Below are positions 1 to 7,959 of a DNA stretch of 11,627 bases, piece by piece (position 1 is the stretch's first letter; every line of letters starts with the position of its first letter). Source of the stretch: a virus (Duplodnaviria; Heunggongvirae; Uroviricota; Caudoviricetes); IMG/VR virus record IMGVR_UViG_2531839179_000018, positions 1 to 11,627 of that record, one strand, 5' to 3'. The notes beneath the pieces are model-generated. The model was given only the letters and a program-made list of their open reading frames with translations. It did not search any database and was not told the origin of the DNA. Made by a program: the position numbers and the translations under genes.

Positions 1-163
1 CACAACATCCGAGGACAGCATCGTCCGCCAGCCTACAGAAGTCCGGAAAGCCATGGAAGGTCGTTGGGAGGAGGTACGAATTCTATCATGCAAAAAATAC
101 GTAAAATCGATAACGCCTAGAAATCATTCAATACTCGCACTATCGAAAGTTTACCAGCCAACC

Positions 164-192
164 GCGGCACGTTCCTGCATACGACGTGCCGC
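164..192. other. Perfect 9-bp inverted repeat (gcggcacgt / acgtgccgc) with an 11-nt loop, just beyond the stop of the last tail gene
   Basis: Read directly from sequence: 164-172 is the reverse complement of 184-192. No clear U-run follows on either strand, so the terminator role is uncertain. Confidence 0.35.
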
Positions 193-200
193 AGCTTCTG

Positions 201-824
201 TTATTCCACGATAAAATTCCTAACCGAATTCAAATCCTTCAGACTATTCAGCTCTTCCTTCAGCTCCCGCTGACGGCGATAAATCTCGTCATTGCGCTCA
301 ACCTGTGCCTGAGCCATTGCTGCCGCCAGTTCTTCCAGTTCCGGCATCGACAGTTTCACCTGCTGATTATCGGCATCACCCCACGTCATCACGTCCCGTA
401 CAATGTCGGATTTCGCAGCCATTACCACCGGATAAAGGCGGCCCAGTGAGTTGGGGCCAGCATTCCAGATACGACCGTTCCATTCAAACGTGAACGGCTT
501 CGCCTCCTGTTCTGTGCGCCATGCTTCAATTCCCTGACGTCTGGCCTCTCTGGCCGCTTCCAGCATTTCTGGTGTCACAGTGAATGGGGCTATCTCACCC
601 CATTTGCCGCTTTGCAGTTCCTGCCAGATTTGCTGACCCGTCGAAGCGACATCATCAGCGGTGGCTGTGTAGGGGACTGCCTGGTCCCTGTCGTCAAAAA
701 AAACGTCACAGTCTACTGCGCCACTTTCGGTATAACGGGGATTAATGATTTTTTTAATTTCCACGGTGCATTCCTCACGATGTGCGAATAAAAAGCCCGG
801 GCATTGCGCCAGAGACATGTGCAT
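201..824 (-). CDS. Tail-fibre-associated protein, putative fibre assembly chaperone (weak call)
   Basis: 207-aa ORF directly downstream of the Stf-like fibre gene, the position usually held by a Tfa/chaperone. No motif I can name with certainty. It overlaps the fibre gene by 50 nt; a GTG at 762-764 just after the fibre stop is a plausible true start. Confidence 0.45.
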   Translation of the reverse strand: MHMSLAQCPGFLFAHREECTVEIKKIINPRYTESGAVDCDVFFDDRDQAVPYTATADDVASTGQQIWQELQSGKWGEIAPFTVTPEMLEAAREARRQGIEAWRTEQEAKPFTFEWNGRIWNAGPNSLGRLYPVVMAAKSDIVRDVMTWGDADNQQVKLSMPELEELAAAMAQAQVERNDEIYRRQRELKEELNSLKDLNSVRNFIVE

Positions 825-2043
825 CCGGCACCCCGGACAGGGCGCAATATGACCCCGGTAATGAATGCTCTGAACATCCCGTAATGAAAAATTGTGGGGA
901 TGCTATATACGTTCCGGTGGGAGTACTGGTCACTGAAATCCCCACCGGTCCCAGTCGTGAGCCTCTGTATGACCGCCCCCTGACAAGTCTGATGACTTTA
1001 TCACCGTCAGCTTCTCCCTGGTACGCAGCAATAATCAGCCCGCCAATGTCAGGGTCTCCCCATCTGTTGCGGACAGAGCTCGCCACGATTCTGTAAATAA
1101 TATCTTCTGTGGTTATATTTATTTTCACCCAGCCAGTCAGTCTGGATATGGGCCAGTAGCAGTAGCGGGTGTGATAAATGGGGCCGTTAATGCCGTAAAA
1201 AGTAAGGGATTTGGCTCTGTACCTCGGTTCTGTTGTCTCAGGGCGTGCATCAGTCCACCGGATGCTGAGCACCCCTTCAAACCGTGTGTCAGGTATGATG
1301 ATGTCGTAGGGGCCAGCAACGGAATATTCACCTGGCAGCGCATTCCTTACCCAGGCCAGGAAATCACTCTTAGTGTCAAAACGGATAACATCTTCAGGCA
1401 GAAAAGCACGCCCAAAGCCGAATGCGCCGGGTATCGCCAGACGGCCTTTTGTCCGGTCGTAAATGTCGCTCTGTGCTTCCATCGTGGCTGCACTTTTCAG
1501 CCCCAGATTATCCCGGGACTTCTGTTGTGCCTTTTCGCCTGCTGCTGCGATTTCAGACAGATGGTTAGCCGTTTTCAGAGTGCCGGTCAGCGCAGCATCA
1601 ATGTCATTTTTGGCCTGTTCTGCTGCGCGGGCATAACCTGCGGCTGCCGCCACATCCTGCGCCGTCTGCTGTGCGTTTCCGGCTGCGGCCCCGGCGCTCT
1701 GCTGCGCCTGCGCCACCATTTCCTCAAAGCGTTTGACGACATCCGGTTTCAGGTCGCCCTCATCAGGAGCAATCAGAAAGTCATTCAGCGTGCCGGGCTT
1801 TGAGTCCTCATATACAGCAATGTCGCCAACGTTGTACTCGTTGCGCCAGTCCTGTTTCAGATACACACCATATTTTCCAGTCCGCGCATGGAAACAGTAT
1901 TCACCATCGTTTCCTGTCATCACATCAGCAACAGTGTGCATAACCACTTCCGGGGTGTTTACCCGGGATTTCAGAATAATATGGTATCCGGACATGGGGA
2001 TACCTGCGCCATCAGTCAGCGCACCTGATATCACTACAGACAT
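775..2043 (-). CDS. Side tail fibre protein with lambda-Stf-type N-terminal domain
   Basis: 422-aa ORF. The N-terminus (MSVVISGALTDGAGIP...VYEDSKPGTLNDFL) matches the conserved prophage tail-fibre N-terminal domain pattern of lambda Stf, followed by an Ala/Gln-rich coiled-coil-like stretch. The C-terminal ~100 aa are compositionally odd. Confidence 0.7.
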   Translation of the reverse strand: MSVVISGALTDGAGIPMSGYHIILKSRVNTPEVVMHTVADVMTGNDGEYCFHARTGKYGVYLKQDWRNEYNVGDIAVYEDSKPGTLNDFLIAPDEGDLKPDVVKRFEEMVAQAQQSAGAAAGNAQQTAQDVAAAAGYARAAEQAKNDIDAALTGTLKTANHLSEIAAAGEKAQQKSRDNLGLKSAATMEAQSDIYDRTKGRLAIPGAFGFGRAFLPEDVIRFDTKSDFLAWVRNALPGEYSVAGPYDIIIPDTRFEGVLSIRWTDARPETTEPRYRAKSLTFYGINGPIYHTRYCYWPISRLTGWVKINITTEDIIYRIVASSVRNRWGDPDIGGLIIAAYQGEADGDKVIRLVRGRSYRGSRLGPVGISVTSTPTGTYIASPQFFITGCSEHSLPGSYCALSGVPDAHVSGAMPGLFIRTS

Positions 2044-2066
2044 TGTTTTTCTCGCGATAAATTAAA

Positions 2067-2612
2067 TCAGGAAGAACCTTCCGGAGAGACGGGCCATTCA
2101 ATGGCGTTGTATGAGGATTTATCAGTGATGGCGCTGAAATCCATCGCCTGCAGTGATTTCGCGTAAATACGACAGGCTTTCAGCTTTTCTTTATCTTCGT
2201 CGCTGATTAACCCCAGCAGCAGGTCTTCTTCCCATTCCCCTGTCCGGGCACTGACCTGAGCCAGAAGGGCATCACGCTCATCTTCCGCTTTGAGTCTGTA
2301 GTCAAAGACAAATTCATCATTGCGGTAAAACCAGTAACCCGGCGCGGTAATCCGTCGGTTAGCGGTAATATCAGGAACTTCAATAACACTGGCATTGCGT
2401 GGCTCGATGCCTGTCACATCCTTACCGACCCACACCACACGACCGTCTCCGGTGTAAGCTATTTTTATTGTGTCGCTGGCGAAATTCTTCAGCTCTTCAT
2501 ACCAGTTTTTTCCGTCTTCTGAAAAAAGCCAGGTGACCGAATATCGTTTTGTCATCTGATATTGTTCTGCTGTTTTCGGATTACCCGCAGTAATATTTTT
2601 TAAATGCAACAT
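2067..2612 (-). CDS. Tail fibre assembly chaperone (P2 gpG / Mu U family)
   Basis: 181-aa ORF. N-terminus MLHLKNITAGNPKTAEQYQMTK...SEDGKNWYEELKNF closely resembles P2 gpG, and the C-terminus ends in the typical IEWPxxP motif. It starts 2 nt after the fibre stop. Confidence 0.8.
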   Translation of the reverse strand: MLHLKNITAGNPKTAEQYQMTKRYSVTWLFSEDGKNWYEELKNFASDTIKIAYTGDGRVVWVGKDVTGIEPRNASVIEVPDITANRRITAPGYWFYRNDEFVFDYRLKAEDERDALLAQVSARTGEWEEDLLLGLISDEDKEKLKACRIYAKSLQAMDFSAITDKSSYNAIEWPVSPEGSS

Positions 2613-2614
2613 TG

Positions 2615-3817
2615 TTAAATACTCGCTACGTTATACCAGGTGCCATTAATCAGTTTTTGCAGTGGTCGGTAATACACACCGTCAACGTTATCCGCTGAGT
2701 TACGGCCGGTATCCGATATCGCCATCCCTGACAGCCCGTGTCCCGAAGGTGCGCAAAATCTCCACGAAACGGTGTTACTGCCGGGGCTGTAATACATTTC
2801 ATGGCCATACCGTACATCCTGTACCCCCTCTGTTCGATATTTATAGCGGGCATCGAAGTTTCCGTAATTTAACGGAATTACCTGTCCGTTAACAGTGAAC
2901 ACTATGCTGTTATCCGGGTTTCTCTGGCTGAAAAAATGCCAGCCTGAATCATCACCAAGCTCTGCAACAACAGGCCTGGATGGATTACCCCACAAACAAA
3001 ACGCTGCATTTTTCGTGGAGTTGTTGGCGCTGGATAACGTGAATTTTCTGGCAGTTCCGGCCTGAATATTCTTAAAAGCAATAGCCACGCCATTCTGAAA
3101 ACGAAATACATGCTGTCCATTCGCATAAACATCCAGCAGACCATCGCCATTTTGTTTAAACCCGGTATCGTTATCTCCTAAAACGATTGAACTTCCACCT
3201 AACGCATTCGTCGTACCAATGCCAAGGCAACCATTAATGACGGCATTAACCAGAATATTTAGTGTATCCCATTTGAGATTCATCAGGTCTTTAACCCGGC
3301 CGCCAGCGAGGCGGTGTCTCCATTTGAAATATTCATTACCGTTATCCGCCGTTTCAAACCACATGTAGGAATCGGTGTCTGCATCCGAATCATTTTTAAA
3401 TCCAATCTTCGCCCAGTCAGTATTCCGAATCCAGGCGAGGATTGAGTCGTTTTCAAAAGTAAGTCCACCGGACAAGGTATCGCCTTCCTGATGAACATAG
3501 CGTTGATCTGACTGCTCTTTACTGTAAACCTGAAGATTATCCCGTGCCGTCCCTTTATTCTGAAGGTCTGACAGATTGTTCTTCTGCCGCAGGAATATCC
3601 TTTTCGGATCCTCAAGAAGATTTACCCAGCCCGCACTGTCGGAGCCTTCAGGATCGGTCAGGTTATCGTCTGTGGTATTCAGCCAGACCGCTGTTGTTGC
3701 GACTCCGGCGAGAATGGCTCCTTTTGCATATCCACCAATGGCCCCCGCAAAACCGGCATTATACGTGTACAAACCGCCAGCCTGGGCGAACCGTATTGCT
3801 GCGGTAATATCGTACAT
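2615..3817 (-). CDS. Tail fibre protein, major C-terminal portion (P2 gpH / Mu S-like); 3' segment of a gene interrupted at a G10 tract
   Basis: 400-aa ORF containing the conserved fibre C-terminal block ([32 protein letters not shown]...[10 protein letters not shown]). Its frame stays open upstream of the ATG through the homopolymer to a stop at 3872-3874. Confidence 0.8.
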   Translation of the reverse strand: MYDITAAIRFAQAGGLYTYNAGFAGAIGGYAKGAILAGVATTAVWLNTTDDNLTDPEGSDSAGWVNLLEDPKRIFLRQKNNLSDLQNKGTARDNLQVYSKEQSDQRYVHQEGDTLSGGLTFENDSILAWIRNTDWAKIGFKNDSDADTDSYMWFETADNGNEYFKWRHRLAGGRVKDLMNLKWDTLNILVNAVINGCLGIGTTNALGGSSIVLGDNDTGFKQNGDGLLDVYANGQHVFRFQNGVAIAFKNIQAGTARKFTLSSANNSTKNAAFCLWGNPSRPVVAELGDDSGWHFFSQRNPDNSIVFTVNGQVIPLNYGNFDARYKYRTEGVQDVRYGHEMYYSPGSNTVSWRFCAPSGHGLSGMAISDTGRNSADNVDGVYYRPLQKLINGTWYNVASI

Positions 3818-3824
3818 CAGACCG

Positions 3825-4016
3825 TTAAAATCCTTGCCGTGTGGCGGTCCCCCCCCCCGCTGAGACCGCTGTCATGGTCGTCGGAGGAAAACCTGAATCA
3901 TACGCAGCATTACCGCTCTCTCTGGTCTGCTGTGTCGCCTTGTCCGGGATACGGTTTTTATCTCCGGTACTCGCAAAGGGGACCGCCAGCTGGCGGGGTT
4001 TATCACTGGCCTTCAT
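3825..4016 (-). CDS. Tail fibre protein, N-terminal segment (5' part of the interrupted fibre gene)
   Basis: 63-aa ORF with a strong Shine-Dalgarno (AAGGAG, 7-nt spacing) before its ATG. It reads through the G10 tract as Gly-Gly-Gly and terminates 8 codons later, in a different frame from the 400-aa ORF. Confidence 0.6.
   Translation of the reverse strand: MKASDKPRQLAVPFASTGDKNRIPDKATQQTRESGNAAYDSGFPPTTMTAVSAGGGTATRQGF
3849..3858. repeat. Homopolymeric tract, C10 on the plus strand (G10 in the coding sense) inside the tail fibre gene
   Basis: Counted directly from sequence. It lies exactly at the frame change between ORF 3825-4016 and ORF 2615-3817. Confidence 0.95.
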
Positions 4017-4608
4017 TACGGGACTCCTTTAAAACTACTGAAACATAAACACCCGGCGGGGACGGCAGTGCACCCGACGACTGGATAATCGCCAGTTCTG
4101 CCGACGAGAGCGCGGACTCAAAGACGTAACTCATCCTCAGCCCGCCATTATTCAGAACATAAGCCCGGCGTTTTTTTCCGAACATAAACCTCAGCATCCG
4201 GTTAATATCCGGAACGGAACAGTCAGTAATATTCGACATGGCTTTCATCAGGATCAGTCGCCGGTATATGGCATCAGTCAGGTCAACAGTCCGGGTAACC
4301 GATTTTCCGTTGTAAAACGGTGCCTGATTAAACGGGCGGGAATCATCCATTACCGGGGTGTCCATCCTGGACTCGCTGAAGCCCAGGTAATTAAAATCGT
4401 CCTTTACCGTCAGCCGGCGACTGACACCCACAATCTTTCCCCAGACATCAAGACCATACTTTTCTGCGGTATCGATGTTCCAGATAAGACCATAAAAATC
4501 ACTGATAAAACTGTCGGGGGAAAGCGCTGCGTTAAAGCTGTTAATGAGGGCATTGAGTCGGGAGCTGGCAGCATACTGCGCAAGCACAGTGGCAGCCACA
4601 TTCTGCAC
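4003..4608 (-). CDS. Baseplate/tail protein in the gpI / Mu gp48 position
   Basis: 201-aa ORF between the J-like gene and the fibre gene. The call rests on synteny with P2 (V-W-J-I-H-G) and Mu (gp45-gp48, S, U); I cannot confirm the sequence family by eye. Confidence 0.45.
   Translation of the reverse strand: MQNVAATVLAQYAASSRLNALINSFNAALSPDSFISDFYGLIWNIDTAEKYGLDVWGKIVGVSRRLTVKDDFNYLGFSESRMDTPVMDDSRPFNQAPFYNGKSVTRTVDLTDAIYRRLILMKAMSNITDCSVPDINRMLRFMFGKKRRAYVLNNGGLRMSYVFESALSSAELAIIQSSGALPSPPGVYVSVVLKESRNEGQ
4024..4028 (-). promoter_or_regulatory. Shine-Dalgarno sequence for the tail fibre gene start at 4016
   Basis: The minus-strand mRNA reads AAAGGAGUCCCGUA-AUG, giving an AGGAG core 7 nt upstream of the ATG. 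Confidence 0.6.
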
Positions 4609-4609
4609 G

Positions 4610-5392
4610 TTATGCCTCCTGGAGTTTCACACTGATATCCGACACATCCAGAACCGGAATCTCATCTATCCCGAAAGTGACAGCCGTTGTCCATGACGAA
4701 CCGTCACGGCTCACAGTAAGGCCCAGAATATCAATATGTTCCGGATCGGTTTTGTAAATGCCGGCATAGTAGCGCCCGGCAGAGACAACAGAGGCAACTC
4801 TTGCCCGCAGACCACCATCTGTACCATTAAATGCGTCCAGCACGGATTGCTGTACCTGTCGGGTAATATCTGAAGGCAGGTAGTCACTTTTTTTCAGCGT
4901 CACACTGACATGCAGACTGACGGGTTTGAGTGTCTGCCAGCTGATCACGTATTCAGGATACGGCGGATCGTACTCCTTATCTGCAACAGTGAACGTTGTG
5001 TTGCCATTCATATCAATACCCGGCGGAGCCTTACGCCAGATGGCCGCCGCGATATCTGCCGGGCTGCCGCCGTACACGCCAACATAAAGCGAACCGGGTG
5101 TTAATGGATACTGACTGACTCCGGCTTTTTGTTCTGTTTTTTTCGGATTATGGGTGACGTAAACATCCACCACGTTTTCTACCGTGGAGAGTATTTCACC
5201 CCGGATGGCTTCCAGAATATTCCGGGCATTACGGGCAACTGAATTACGTCGGCGGTTTTCAAAGTCCGCACGGGTTTCCTCATCGCTGCCCGGCACACCG
5301 GCACGGGCGTTAGTGACACCTGACCAGCCAGGTATTGCCTTATAAATTTTATTCAGCGTCCCCACAGGACAGCCGACGGGGCCGGTGGACAA
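4610..5392 (-). CDS. Baseplate J-like protein, C-terminal portion (3' segment of an apparently frameshifted gene)
   Basis: 260-aa ORF that begins at TTG with no Shine-Dalgarno. Its frame is open a further ~20 codons upstream and overlaps the end of ORF 5395-5847; the two ORFs together (~410 aa) match baseplate-J size and position. Confidence 0.6.
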   Translation of the reverse strand: MSTGPVGCPVGTLNKIYKAIPGWSGVTNARAGVPGSDEETRADFENRRRNSVARNARNILEAIRGEILSTVENVVDVYVTHNPKKTEQKAGVSQYPLTPGSLYVGVYGGSPADIAAAIWRKAPPGIDMNGNTTFTVADKEYDPPYPEYVISWQTLKPVSLHVSVTLKKSDYLPSDITRQVQQSVLDAFNGTDGGLRARVASVVSAGRYYAGIYKTDPEHIDILGLTVSRDGSSWTTAVTFGIDEIPVLDVSDISVKLQEA

Positions 5393-5394
5393 AT

Positions 5395-5847
5395 TCAGAA
5401 ATACCGCATCAACCTGCCCTGATGCGCCGATAGTGACGTCTGACTGACATACTTATAACCGGCCTCATCCTGCGCCATACTGCTCGCCGGGATCAGCGTG
5501 CCAACCAGCCCGGTACAGGTCGCTGTTACTGTCGTACCTGTGGCCCCACGGCGCTCCAGGAAATAAATCCTGCCTATTGCATCCTGAAAGCGACCACTGA
5601 AAAAGTCAGGGTTGATCTGGTTAACGATATACAGCAACTGATCGTTTTTATCCGCAATAATGGCGCTTTCGCTGGATGCAAGTTGTCCCTGCGGACTGCT
5701 CAGACTGGTACTCATGGCCCCGCCCAGCGCCGCCGAAAAATCAGCAAGCCTGCCGCTCAGAATATCCGCTTCATCCGGCACATTCAGCCCGCTATCCGAA
5801 ATCTGTACAGCGGGCACTGCGGTAGAAAAAGATTTATTTTCACTCAT
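5395..5847 (-). CDS. Baseplate J-like protein, N-terminal portion (5' segment of an apparently frameshifted gene)
   Basis: 150-aa ORF whose start overlaps the upstream gene by 4 nt. It stops at TGA (5395-5397), 2 nt before the downstream ORF's first codon, which is in another frame. Confidence 0.6.
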   Translation of the reverse strand: MSENKSFSTAVPAVQISDSGLNVPDEADILSGRLADFSAALGGAMSTSLSSPQGQLASSESAIIADKNDQLLYIVNQINPDFFSGRFQDAIGRIYFLERRGATGTTVTATCTGLVGTLIPASSMAQDEAGYKYVSQTSLSAHQGRLMRYF

Positions 5848-6200
5848 AGCAGTACCGTAAAAATGTCATTATTGGTATCTGTAATACGCAGCACACCTGT
5901 TACTGTCCGGGTTTGATCAGTTGTGACCTGGCAGACAGCGGCGCTCACGGTCGGCAGTTTAAGTGCTTCCTGTTGCAGAGTGGCATTCACCAGTTGTGTG
6001 CCGGGCCAGTGTCCGAGGATGCGTGGCCAGTAAGGTATGCCAGCCGTTGAGTCGTACCAGCACTCCCCCAGAAAAGTACTGCACGCACACGCCACATCCT
6101 GAGCTACCGCATGGGGATTATCAGTAATGGCAAGATTTCCGGTATCATCAAGCAGGATATCCCATGTCCCGGTGTCAAGAAGAAGTGATCGTGACTGCAT
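5844..6200 (-). CDS. Small baseplate protein in the Mu gp46 / P2 gpW position
   Basis: 118-aa ORF between the spike and J-like genes. The call is by synteny and size only. Confidence 0.45.
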   Translation of the reverse strand: MQSRSLLLDTGTWDILLDDTGNLAITDNPHAVAQDVACACSTFLGECWYDSTAGIPYWPRILGHWPGTQLVNATLQQEALKLPTVSAAVCQVTTDQTRTVTGVLRITDTNNDIFTVLL

Positions 6201-6212
6201 GTTTTCTCCTGT

Positions 6213-6890
6213 TTACCGGGGTCCCTGCGTGGTTGAGCCGCCGGACTCAACGCCGCCGTGAACGTGGTTTCCAAAATCAATACCCCCGATGTTCGAACCG
6301 CCGGAAAGCCTGGACTGCCCGGTAACGTTAAGCCCCTTACTGACGGCGGTATCGCCGTTCAGCGCAATTTGTGGTGAGTTAACGGTGAAGCTTTTCGGCG
6401 CATTAATCACACCCTCAGGCGCGGATATCTCCACTTTCCAGGGAGATACAATCCGTATCTGGTTGTCATCAAATACCACAAACTGGACGGGATCACCGTT
6501 GAGCACGCCACCCAGCCAGATGGCATCAGCATAATTATGGGTACGCTTTGATCCCGGCATCGCAGCCTGACGCGTGGCTTTTACCGCACTGATATCCCGA
6601 TCGCAGATGGCAAGAAAACCGATATCCCCCACATGTGGCGGCATAATCACCGCATTACCGCCCCCCTGTAGTCGCCATACGGGAATGTTATAAATCACCT
6701 CATGTTCAACCGGGGAACCGTCTGCTGCAACGCCCATTACCATCGGTCGGGCCTCAATAAATCCCTCTTCCACGGCTACCACCCGTCCCAGAGTGATAAA
6801 CGCATGACGTCCGAGAAACTGCCGCAGCATAAAGTCCTGTGCATTGATTTCGCTGTTCACGTCTGTCGGGTTACTGAGTGGTTGTGCCAT
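6213..6890 (-). CDS. Baseplate central spike protein (P2 gpV / Mu gp45-like)
   Basis: 225-aa ORF of the right size and position for a spike protein, with a Gly-rich C-terminus carrying an HxH motif (GIDFGNHVHGGVESGG), as seen in spike apex domains. A Met at residue 21 is an alternative start lying after the upstream stop. Confidence 0.65.
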   Translation of the reverse strand: MAQPLSNPTDVNSEINAQDFMLRQFLGRHAFITLGRVVAVEEGFIEARPMVMGVAADGSPVEHEVIYNIPVWRLQGGGNAVIMPPHVGDIGFLAICDRDISAVKATRQAAMPGSKRTHNYADAIWLGGVLNGDPVQFVVFDDNQIRIVSPWKVEISAPEGVINAPKSFTVNSPQIALNGDTAVSKGLNVTGQSRLSGGSNIGGIDFGNHVHGGVESGGSTTQGPR

Positions 6891-7740
6891 TTTCTTCAGC
6901 CCTCATCATGGTACAGTTGGAACTCCACGGACCGCCCACGGTTCGCGAAGTAATGGTGTGTATCACCCCTGTGATCGTATAATCGCCCGTCATATCAGGC
7001 AGTGACGATTCCAGATGCGCTGGCCTGCCAGTAAAGAGATCGGGGCAGAATATCGTGGTGGCGCTGAGTCCGGTCATGGTGTAAACCGGATAGCCAGTCA
7101 GTCCGTGATCCGGCGAAATCAGTACCGGCGGAATATTCCGGTTCTGCCCTTTCGGCCAGATGGTGACTTTCTCCACATTCCCCAGATCAATGTTAATATC
7201 GGCGGCTGAAGCGACATCCAGCATTTGTTGTACAACATTACCGGAAAAATGCGGGTCAGACAGACTGCGGCTGACCCCCTGGTTTTCAAATCCAAGCCCG
7301 ACAGTTGACGCCAGCGCACGGATAATATCTGCAACCGCAACATCGCCCTTTGCGCTGAAATCTGCCGCCGGCTGATTACGCAGATTAAAATGAATCTGTC
7401 CTGTCAGAATGAGCGGAATATCCGGCGCCTGGTTGTAGTCGGCGTATGCATCAGTAATATCACCTTCAAAAATAAGCCGCCCGTCGGCCCACAGCCGCAT
7501 TTTATTTGCGGTACTCTGCTCCTGTCGCCACACACCGCGCCAGCTTAAATTCGTCATATGCGCCGGTGACATTCCCCAGATATACAGCGTGATTTGTGTA
7601 CCAGCCACCCCTCCATATACGGCAATACTGGCAAAACAGCTTGCGTCGGTAATGGTCAGCATATTGCCCTGGCCATTACCAAACGTTCGTCCGTCTGAAA
7701 GAGTGAACTCCACCGTTATTTTACGTTGTCTGTAGCTCAT
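6871..7740 (-). CDS. Tail/baseplate protein, possibly hub-like (Mu gp44 position)
   Basis: 289-aa ORF immediately upstream of the spike gene, with a start that overlaps the stop of the upstream fragment. Function is inferred from position only. Confidence 0.4.
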   Translation of the reverse strand: MSYRQRKITVEFTLSDGRTFGNGQGNMLTITDASCFASIAVYGGVAGTQITLYIWGMSPAHMTNLSWRGVWRQEQSTANKMRLWADGRLIFEGDITDAYADYNQAPDIPLILTGQIHFNLRNQPAADFSAKGDVAVADIIRALASTVGLGFENQGVSRSLSDPHFSGNVVQQMLDVASAADINIDLGNVEKVTIWPKGQNRNIPPVLISPDHGLTGYPVYTMTGLSATTIFCPDLFTGRPAHLESSLPDMTGDYTITGVIHTITSRTVGGPWSSNCTMMRAEENGTTTQ

Positions 7741-7959
7741 ATCAGTTCCTCAGGTAACAGCCAGTAGAGCCGGTACCGGGATCCGAGCCCCCGCCAGTCA
7801 GGGTCACTATTCCCCTCCGTGTCGGTAAAAAACAGGTCCCCCTGAAACGGCAGGTATCCGTACCGGACAATCCGGTTATTATTCAGACACAGCACGCCAT
7901 ACAGGCACGGTTCACCATTAACAATGATATCGATATACATCCCCGTAGTACGCTGATTC
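7737..7959 (-). pseudogene. 3' remnant (~74 codons) of a phage tail gene truncated by the IS66-family insertion
   Basis: The reading frame is open from the IS66 end at 7960 down to the stop at 7737-7739, and is translationally coupled to the next gene. The 5' part of the gene is replaced by IS sequence. Confidence 0.45.

Noticed and set aside
186-493. Plus-strand ORFs 186-449 and 305-493
   Set aside because: Antisense to the minus-strand ORF 201-824, which fits the operon context; low-complexity translations.
1171-1803. 210-aa plus-strand ORF (Cys-rich) and the neighbouring plus-strand ORFs 782-1096 and 1733-2065
   Set aside because: They lie entirely antisense to the Stf-like fibre gene, which has a recognisable N-terminal domain. 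They have odd composition, no ribosome-binding site that I can see and no recognisable motif, so they are most likely chance open frames in GC-rich sequence.
201-4016. Invertible tail-fibre segment (Mu G / e14 P / P1 C type)
   Set aside because: The two fibre cassettes are in the same orientation, no serine invertase gene is present in the window, and I found no inverted crossover sites flanking them.
775-4016. Diversity-generating retroelement targeting the fibre genes
   Set aside because: There is no reverse transcriptase ORF anywhere in the window, and I saw no template/variable repeat pair by eye.
2207-4601. Small minus- or plus-strand ORFs nested inside the fibre, chaperone and gp48-like genes (for example 2207-2395, 2650-2853, 2902-3150, 3283-3615, 3544-3863, 4410-4601)
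   Set aside because: All are out-of-frame overlaps of longer ORFs that have recognisable motifs or operon context; there is no independent evidence for them.
7119-7375. ORFs 7119-7343 (minus) and 7160-7375 (plus) inside the hub-like gene
   Set aside because: Alternative-frame or antisense overlaps of the 289-aa ORF with no supporting signals.
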